NCBI GenBank assembly: GCA_001179505.1
Contig: CDMY01000224.1
Span: 62,001 to 126,000, forward strand
Direction of reading: 5' to 3'
From: Vitrella brassicaformis CCMP3155
Lineage: Eukaryota > Protista > Chromerida
DNA: 64,000 nucleotides
Made by a program: the position numbers and the translations under genes. Under the pieces are notes generated by a model. That model worked only from the letters and a program-made list of their open reading frames with translations. It was not told the origin of the DNA and did no database searches. The number at the start of each line of letters is the position of its first letter. Within the stretch, counting starts at the first letter, position 1. Positions 22,651-31,720 of this stretch are shown in pieces.

Positions 22651-24710
22651 GGCAGGGAGGGAGGCAGGGAGGGAGAGAGGGAGGGTGGGGGGATCGGATG
22701 GGTCTTTGTTTGTTTGATGGCCGAGTGAGGGATGGGTGTCTGTCTGTCCGTGTACCTACTGTCTGTCTGAGTGCTTCCCACTGCTCCAGTGTTCCCTCGT
22801 TGTGGTTTTCCTTCCCGTGTGTGACACGTATACAGTACCTGACAGTGCAGTGCGTGCCAGGCTGCCCTCCCCTCCCTCCCTCCCCTCCCGCCCTGCACAC
22901 AGCCAGACAGACAGCCAGCTTCCCTTCCCACTGGCTGTGAATGAAGTGGCGCCACGCACCCACCCCCCATGCATCCCTCTCCTTGTGTGCTGTGACGTGT
23001 GGTTGAGCGGGGAGACCATTTGTTTTTTCGTTTTCGCACGCGTTATCGGATCATGTCATCTGTCCGGTGGGTGATGGGTGGGTGGATGGGGGTGTGGGGC
23101 GGGGAGGGAGGCAGGGAGGGAGGCAGGGAGGGCAGACAAGACAGGCGCGTCGTTTTGAAAACAGCCAGCAGACTGGAGTGTGTCGTGTTGCCTGCCCCTT
23201 GTCGCTTCGTCTCTGTCCTTCCGTCGCTTCCTTCGTTGGCTGCCTCCCTCCCCTTTGTCCCATTCAGACAAGGAGAGTCTGCTGGCCAGTCGATCGACGC
23301 ACGTGACGAAGCGGCAGCAGCAGCTGGTCTCCAAGTGCACACCCATGTAAGTAAAGACAGCGACTGTGACGAGGGGGGTGTGGCGGCATTCATGAATGGG
23401 GAACGGTATTTGTGGATCGGATCCCTCCCCTCCCCTCCCCTCCTCCCTCCTGCATGCAATCTCATCACCTAAGCAAGTAAGGGGTGTCTCTGTCTGCCTG
23501 CCTGCCTGCCTGTGTGCTTGTCTGTCTGTCTGTCGATCTCGATCTGCATCACCCACCTTTTTTCCTGCATGTCGTGTGCGTGGCCATGGGTGCGGTGCAC
23601 GCATGAGGGGAGGTCTCGGTGATGGATGGAGATACTAGGGCTGCCTGGCCTGCGGATTTTTGGCTCTCGGACAGACAGACAGACAGACATGATAGAACCG
23701 ATGGAACAGATTAACAACATCCACCATGTTTGTTTGTAATGTGTATGTCTGTCTGTCAGTCCATCGATTGGCCGCCAAATCGATAGACACTGAGAGATCC
23801 CCCCGCCTCCCATCCATCCATCCATCCACGCGGATGCTTACACGCACACACGGAGGTCAGCAACAGGGCAGGGCAAGGCAGGCAGGCGGCAGCTATCAAA
23901 CATTCATCATCACTGGATCAGATCGATCAATGAATGACGGCTCTCCGTATAGACAGACAGACACACGGGCAGGCAGGGCCAAAAGAGGCAGGCCGAGACC
24001 CCAAAATACCAGAGACCCTACACCTTTCCGTACGCTCGCCACGCCACGCCAAAAACGACTCGGTCAAGACAAAGACGACAACGCTCGGACGCTTCCGATG
24101 CTCCCTCCCTCTTCACACCCACCCACCCACACGCATACGATATCCCACGATGGCCAGATGGAAGAAAGCACACCCCACCGCACCCCCTCTCTGGCATGTT
24201 TGTTATGTGTTGTGTGATGTCATGTGATGGAGTGACACGTGTGTGTGTGTGTGTGTGTGTGTGAAAGTGTGAGCATTCACAGTCAGTGAGTGCATGGATC
24301 GACTGATGGATGGATGGATGGCTTGACCGATAGATGGGTAGTGGACGATTCCTAGGCATCTATCTCTCTCTGTCTAGGCTGCCTGGCTGGCTGGCTGGCT
24401 GGCTGGCTGGCGGCTCCTCTCATCGCCGTCGTCATGCCATGGATGCGACCGACAGGACGTATGTATGTATCTCCCTTCATTCCTTTCTCTTCTCCCTAAA
24501 CCGACAAAAACAACAGAACGGAACAGACCGACTCAATAATCAAAAGTAAGTAGCCAACCGACGGAGCGGCGACCGACAAAACCTGTCCGTCTACCACCCA
24601 CCCATCCATCCATTTCTCCATCCATCCATCATTCTTCCGTCCATCGACACGCTCAGCTAACGCTGGCGACCGACCCAGGTCGGTCGACCGACATGTACAG
24701 GATACATCTG

Positions 24711-25652
24711 CTATGGGGTGCCGCCGCCAGCCCTCTCCCTCTCCCTCGCCGTTCCCGCCCCATTAATGTCCGCAACGCACGCCATCGTTTCCTCGTCGCA
24801 GCGCCCCAGGAGGTGCTCGCCTTGCTGTTGCTGGCCACCCATCCACTGCAAAACACAAGACTGCAGCCGGCCGGCAGCTAGCGTCACCGTCATGGGCTTG
24901 TCCCAGCTTGCGGGTGGCGGGTCAGGCTCACTCACAGCCACCGCAGAGCGGGCGGACAGCTGCACGAGCAGCGCGTCTGCGGCACTGTTGTCAACATGAT
25001 GGCCGCGGGGGTGAAATAATGGGTGGTGGTACATCTCGCCCAGACAGGAGCCATCGCTGGTGCAGCAGTGGAAGGTCATCTCATGACGCGAGCCGCTGAA
25101 GCAAGAGCACCGTGAAGCGTTGGTCTGCCGGTTAGTGCCGTCGAGCAGCCGGATGCCGCCCCTCCGCTGCCTTGGTCGCTGCTGCTGTGATCGTTGCTCT
25201 GCGAGTCGCTGCCGCCTGGCCGTGTCCTCACTCTCATCCCTCACCGTATCAAAGGGATAGGTCGGCCGGCAGTAGTACCAATTGTAGGAAAACGTCAACC
25301 TGACACACCGACGGCCGACCGACGGACACATAAATAAATCGATGGAGGTGCAGTGCGGGTGTCCGCTTTTTGCTGGGGTGCCCACCCACCTCTCATCTAT
25401 GTCAACAATCTCTTCGAAGCACTGAACAAGGTCCAGCCCACGTATGCCACAGACACGACAAGATGAATATGGCATGACACGATGTCGTTCTCTGTGTGCT
25501 TCCCCTCCCCCCGCACCTACTTGATCGCCAGATACAGTGAACTGGTTAGCCAGGTTGGCGTTGCATGTCGACGCCGCAAGCAGCAGCACCAGAGGGCACC
25601 ATCCAGCTTGCGCAACTATCACAATGGCTGCATCGCTGCGCCGCACCGTCAT
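24711..25652 (-). CDS. Hypothetical secreted Cys-containing protein
   Basis: N-terminal hydrophobic stretch WCPLVLLLAASTCNA, two probable introns, and a long final exon (SYNWYYCRPTYPFD...CSCFSGSRHEMTFHCCTSDGSCLG). Confidence 0.45.
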   Translation of the reverse strand: MTVRRSDAAIVIVAQAGWCPLVLLLAASTCNANLANQFTVSGDQVGAGGGEAHRERHRVMPYSSCRVCGIRGLDLVQCFEEIVDIDERWVGTPAKSGHPHCTSIDLFMCPSVGRRCVRLTFSYNWYYCRPTYPFDTVRDESEDTARRQRLAEQRSQQQRPRQRRGGIRLLDGTNRQTNASRCSCFSGSRHEMTFHCCTSDGSCLGEMYHHPLFHPRGHHVDNSAADALLVQLSARSAVAVSEPDPPPASWDKPMTVTLAAGRLQSCVLQWMGGQQQQGEHLLGRCDEETMACVADINGAGTARERERAGGGTP

Positions 25653-25827
25653 CCGTCACCCTTTCATCCGGCAGAGAAGGGAATAGCACTCACAGCCTCT
25701 CACTACTCCTGGCTACCTATTGCCATCGGCAGCTGAATGGGGAGGGGAGCCTCCAGCGATCCGCGGGGTGCTTCTGTTTTAAAAACCCTGAGCCCTAAGT
25801 CTGGCACACCTCGGACCCGCGTGAAGG

Positions 25828-28013
25828 ATGGAGCCTGGCTGTCCAGAAAGAGTCTCGCTGACAGTTGACCTTTTGCGAGAGTGTGTGCGGCAAGATGTTC
25901 TATCTCGCTTGCGCAAGTCTTTTCCAACCACGTTCAAGGTGAGGTTCTCAACAGATCAGCTCGAGGCAGATCTTGGCACGGGAGCTCACGATGTGCCTGA
26001 CATTGCCTGTGTCCACAGACTCACCTGGGCATCCCTCCCGTCAGCCCCGAATCGTTCAATGCATTCATGTTTGAGGTGCTTGCGCACTCATCGGTCATAG
26101 GGGGCAGTGACCGGAATGAAGAGCTGCTGCCGGGATATGAATTGACAGTGGCCGATGGCAGCCCTTCACTCAGGAATGCCGTATGGCAGGTATGTGGGAC
26201 AGCAGGAACTCACTCACATTGAATGTCACGTCTCTCACGTCTGTCTGTCTGTCTGTTGCCATGGCGCATCAGGTGTTTTTCAGAGGTGTGCAAAGCGGGA
26301 ACAAGTCCGTCGATGCATTCCTGGCGGCAGCCAACGGGTTCCTACAGGATGAGGGGCACATAAAGGAGCTGAGGACGATGATCGATCGTGCCCGACAAAG
26401 CGACGCCGCCAATCCGTTGGTGTGCGACGGAATACAAGAACGATTCATGGTAGGACGACGGCAGGAGGCAGTAGGTCACACGCGCAGACACACGAACACA
26501 CACATGTGATGTCAGCCCTCTTCTTCTCCTCTTTGTATGTGCTTCAGGCTTGGGTCAACGAGCGGCTGGCTGTTTGCCTGCCTTCCCTCCTATCTGTTCT
26601 TCAAGAGGAGCTGACTCAGCTGCAAGGCAGCTTCCGAGAGCTGTGTGAGTCGTCTTTGGCCATGATGGACCAATCCATCCTCCCGGCGACAAAGCGGCGC
26701 AGAACCGATGGCGAGACGAGTCATGCGGCAGACATATCTGATGCTCTTCCAGGTTGTGTCGTCGTTTCCGAGGTGAAATGGATCGACAAGCAAATGCACA
26801 CTCATTGTTGAATGTTCCTTTTCTCGTCAGGACGGCGGTAAGAAGACGGTGTGCTTCAGCCTGGACCCAGCCCTCACAGCAGCTTCGTCTGTGATGCGTC
26901 GCATGAACACGGCTCACGAGATCCGGCGAGGGCATGCCGTTAAATTGTGGAGGAGATATTTCACTAGTGATGCATCACGGTCTGCACATCGAGCCACAAG
27001 AGATGTCAGCCTCGATGAGGACGATACCGATGCGTCTTTCGCTGACCTGCAGGTGGGCACTTATGCATCTTGCAAAGCGACGGGGTCGCACCTGTGTGGG
27101 TGTCGTATTCAGGGTGTCATCTGTCGGCGAGTCGACGGACCTCATAATGCTGAAGCCATCGATGCCTGTCGTATTCGCTTCAACCATGCCGTGTGGATCC
27201 TCCTCCACAGATATCAGGTCAAAGACTTCATTGACACGGCACGAGGCCCCATCCTACATCGGTCCGTATCGGTCCGTCTACTTTTATTGCAGACATTGTT
27301 CGGTCCTCGTAGTGGAGAGGGTAGCGGCTGGCAGCTAGCGGCACCATCAGCCGTGCATGATATGTTGAGAGAGGTCTTTGACGTCCATCACGAGTGTTTC
27401 GCGTCGCCCCTCAACGCTCATCACTCGACCTTCAACTCGCTTTTTCCCGATGTTGACAGGCCCTTCGGTAGTCGAGGAAGCTTCTTCGCCGACGAGTCAT
27501 TCTCGGGCGGCGGCGCGTATGAAGTAGGCCCGCCATACGACGTCGGAGTGATGGAGCGAATGGTAGAAAAGCTGCTGTCACATCTATCCACAGCCAAAGA
27601 GGTGAGGACACATCCAACCAGCCAGTCGATCACTCAGCCAACCAGAGGGGGTCGGTTAATGTGGGTGCGTCTGTAGAGTGGCGTTTCTCTTTCTTTCTAC
27701 CTGGTGCTCCCTGATTGGGACGTGTCGAGCATTAATCGACTGTTCAACTGTCCGTTCCACCAATGGAGCTTCACGCTGCCTAAGAGGCATCACAGGTGAC
27801 ATGCGCAAGCACACAGGAGAGCATCACCGTGGCTCGCCTGTGTGCACACCGTGCAGATACTGCAGCGGACTTCAGCATCAACGAAAGAACAAGCACCAGT
27901 ACGTTCTGTGTGAGACGCCGACATTAATGATGGGGCTTGAGACGCGCCCAACGACAGACAGGCCTGTAGATCCAGACGTGCTCAAGTCGTTGATCAAAGC
28001 ATGGATGCCTTAG
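25828..28013 (+). CDS. PCIF1: PCIF1/CAPAM-like cap-adjacent adenosine N6-methyltransferase homologue
   Basis: LLHRYQTLFG...EGSGWQLAAP...FDVHHECFASPLN...SLFPDVDRPFGSRGSFF...YEVGPPY...LSFYLVLPDW...HHRYCSGLQH are PCIF1 core motifs. Multi-exon; the 5' exons are uncertain. Confidence 0.9.
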
Positions 28014-28042
28014 GCCCGAAATGCAAACCAGCCATGGCGTAA

Positions 28043-28580
28043 ATGGATGCGGCGTCTCCCCCAACGCCCCCAATGCGTCTCACGATGTTCCTTTTCGTGC
28101 CGCTGCTCATCGCAACAATGACAGCAGGCCACGCGGCAGATGACTCGAGCGCATCAATGCCGTTTGCCTGGCCAACGCGTGGTGAGGCAATCCCTGCTGT
28201 CACGACCTTCGTCAAAGACGAACACAGGAGGCCAAACTTCCTTGAATTTGGCAATGACACCGGGGGGAGCGGAGTCAACGACGAGCAAGAAGCGCGTGGC
28301 GCCCTCTTGAGGGTCCTCAGGTACATGCCATCGCCTGTGTGAGAAGTGCATGGGTTGGTTCTCTCTCTGATACATCGTATGTGATTCTTCCCCTGTAGCT
28401 TCTGCGACGCCGTACCACCACTCTACGAGACTAAGCACTGGGCCAAATGCATCTGTAAGGTGCCGGGAAGTCCTGCATGCACTTATCGCACTGCTGTCTT
28501 GAACCGATGCAGGCTTCCGGAAGCTGGCGAACGGCCGAAGTGGCGCTGTAGGCATGCATACATGCAGAGTGGTCCACAGA

Positions 28581-28618
<38 letters not shown>

Positions 28619-30464
28619 TGGGTGTGGGTGTGTGTGTGTTGTGTGTTGTGTGTGTGTGAATGAGGAGGAGGTAGACCCAAACGACAATGATACGATACAG
28701 AGGCACTGCGATTCTGCTGACTATCGGTTCCCTTTCTACCACGGCTCCTTCGGTGTGGTATTCTTCGTCAATGTCCACCCAGGTGTGGGTTGGTGCACGA
28801 CTTGCTGCTGGCGTCCCACGATATGTTTTCCTGCGGCTGGCCTGCAGCTTCTCTGCCCGATAACAAAGTACTGTGGTACTGGGATTCCATGACCAACAAG
28901 TGGACCATTCTCGACAAGAAACTCAAACTAGCAGCGAAGGAAGGTCTGAGCGAAGCATGGAGAGGGGTAAGGTGGGAAATAAATTTGACCTTGCAGGAGA
29001 AATTTCGTAAGGCACCTTCAACGTCCCTCCCTGCTCTCGGCACATGCTTCTCTCTCTGTCTGCTTGGATTCACGGCCTGTACATGCCTGCAGGGACGATA
29101 GACATGTGGGATCACATTCGAGACGCAATCGGGCGGCGCTCATTCCCGCCGATTCCCCGTGTGTACCGCTTGATGTCCGCTGAGCGCGGGGCGACATCCG
29201 ACGAGCTGGAGCACCTCGCCATGATGATGGAGTTGATGCCGGGATACTTCCTGATGGAGAGGATACACGGGAGTCAGTGGGACGACATCATGCCCTTGTT
29301 CGACTTACGCTCGGTACGCACATGCCCATGTCTGCGTGTGTCTCCTTGCTCCCCCCGGGGCGGAGAGAGTCCATCCATTGCCAGGTGAGGTGCATGCGAG
29401 TGATGTCTTGAGTGAATGCAATCAATGCAGCATGTGCCGGAGGAGGGATGGGTGGTGAGCTTGGCGATTGCCAAGGTTCTCCAGGACATTCGTGCCAACC
29501 TTCAGCAGCACTGCGACCTCCACGAGGGGCAGCTCTTCTTCCGCGAGTACAGCCAGCCGCCGTCACAAGACAAAAGGGAGTATCTCGCGATACCCAAGGG
29601 AGAGGGCGTCAAAGGAGACTATGATAGGGTATTCAATACTCAGCCAGGCTAAGCTCGAATGAGACACAGGAGTGAGCGGTCGGTCACATGAAATTTGGAT
29701 GGATCTCTGTCTGTCTGTGGTCGTGTGTCAGTATATCGGTCTTACTTATAAGGACATCGTGATCTATGATTGGTCCTTCTCGCGCAACTACTATCAGTAC
29801 AGAGCTGTCCGCCTGCGGCTGACCAAGGGCATGCTGAAGCCCATGCCACAATACGGATACCCTAGGGACGCACCCTGCTGCTTCTTTGTCGAAGACTCGC
29901 AACTACTGGGGTGGGTCGATCAGCTGAAGAGACCATCAGCCAGGCAGCCATGCAGCCAGCCAGCAGAACTTCTCGTGTGCCACTGGCTGCAGCATTCCGT
30001 ACCAGCTGGTGAGCAGATATGGCGGGATTTCTGACTTGGAGCCGTTCGCTCTCGGTGTGCGGATTGAGCTCGAAAAGAGCTGTCTGGGTGAAATCCGCTA
30101 CCTGTCGGGACCTGACAATGTGTTCGATGTGTCGACTCTACGCGCCCCCGCCCCACAGCATCCGACAGCTCCGAACCCTGCCACACTGACCACGGGCCAG
30201 GTAACTAAGCGATTTGGTGATTGCTATTGTTTTCACCTTCGCTGCCGTCCGTCCTTTGTGTGTTGCTGTGGACGCCAGGGGCTGTGCACCTGGGGGCAGC
30301 AGACACGGCTTGCTGAGGCTATGGTGTACAACTTCCAGGCCATATTGGATGCATACGACAGGAAGCGGGCTAAGGAAACCGACTGGACAGTCACCATCAT
30401 GCAGAAGCACGACAATACGGTTTTTCAGCAGAAGCACGGGAGCGCCTGGGTGAAGACGAAGTAG
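28043..30464 (+). CDS. Signal-peptide-bearing atypical protein kinase-like protein
   Basis: Signal peptide MRLTMFLFVPLLIATMTAGHA. Spliced motifs in correct order: GSFGVV (28743), LAAK, RWEI, YFLMERIHG, HCDLHEGQ (29509) and IVIYDWSFSR (29768). Confidence 0.75.
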
Positions 30465-30789
30465 AATGAAGGACAGCTTGGATGTGGTGTGTGGGTCATC
30501 CACCCACATAGGTGGTGGGCGGATGCAATCAATGCATGGATACAGCTTGTTCACGTGACAAATACCACGAGACATGCACGGCACGGCGGCCACTCCAATC
30601 ACTCGAGTCTTCTAGAGCCTATCGCTCTCTGCATAGACACGCAATGCAGCCACGCATCGTATGCAGGTGTCACACACACGTGCTCACTGGTCACACAAAA
30701 ACCTCAGTCAGCAACCAAACATGAGCGATAGATGGGCAAGGGGGAGTGCTGGCTCTAGGCGCCTTCATGCCCTTCTCCTCCATTGGTGT

Positions 30790-31430
30790 CTACGTGTGAG
30801 CCGCGAGATGAGCTGCCTCCCGCCCTCCCTCCCGCGGTCGCGCCTCGCTTCTATCAACGCATCTATCAAATCCCGCTGCCACCTGCACACACACACGAGA
30901 GTACACGACCACACGCATATAGACAGGATGATGACACACAATCCATCCATCCATGCCTCCATCCATCCATCCAGGCATTGTTGCTCACTTGCGCAGCCTG
31001 AGGAGGCCTATTCCGCCTGTCCTGTCGCCGACGGCTTGCGACCTCGACAGGCTGTTGGAAGGATAACACCTGATCCACACACACACACACACACACACTA
31101 TAGTCCATCCAACACGTGGGCGATGACCGCCAGCCAGAGCAGTGCACTTGACGACTTGACTCACCAATAGAAATTGTTCTGCACGAAGAAACACAGGGCA
31201 AAAAGGAGTGAGCAATCGCCACGCCTTAGTCAGTGTTTGGGTGTGGCTGACCGGCCCAGTGCCTGCAAAGCGATTATTGAGTTCCGTCACCACCAGTCCA
31301 CACCTGCAGGCATAACGGGAGCGTTGAATGAAATATGGGGGACGACCAGATGTCTGATCTGTGAGGTCAAACCTGCGTAAGGTGGAGACGACGGCCACTT
31401 TGCCTGCAGAGTCCAGACGCACCACACATT
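30790..31430 (-). CDS. Possible small multi-exon hypothetical gene
   Basis: Three to four phase-compatible GT-AG-bounded segments (VVRLDSAGKVAVVSTLRR / CGLVVTELNNRFAG...RAEQFLL / VLSFQQPVEVASRRRQ...). No recognisable domain. Confidence 0.3.
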
Positions 31431-31720
31431 GCAGCTATGTTGGTGGTGCCGAACGTCACCGGTGTGCTGCCAGCGCTTGCCTGGTGTCGGGACGGCTTTG
31501 GAAGCACCAGGAAACAGCAGCAAGATCACCACGAGCCACACGAGAGCGGGGACTTGATCTAGGCACTTTGAAGGCCACTGCCAGGGATCTAGGGATCTTG
31601 CTGACTCATGGATCGGGTCCCAGAATTTACCCGTTCGGGGGCGTGGGGGGCCTGGAGTCTCGCCGAGTTTCATTGGCGTGTTCCTCCTTTCCTTCCCTTT
31701 GCAGTGACTGAGGAAAGGGG

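Noticed and set aside
8751-23458. TGCATGCA (ApiAP2-type site) at 8751, 14526 and 23451
   Set aside because: They lie in 3' or intergenic repeat-like context rather than in the divergent promoter regions, and GCAT repeats are common here.
28900-29006. FIKK-kinase assignment for the secreted kinase, and a 10-nt micro-exon (28997-29006)
   Set aside because: No FIKK motif and a different catalytic loop. The putative 30-nt intron reads through in frame as VRWEINLTLQ and supplies the alphaC Glu, so no micro-exon is needed.
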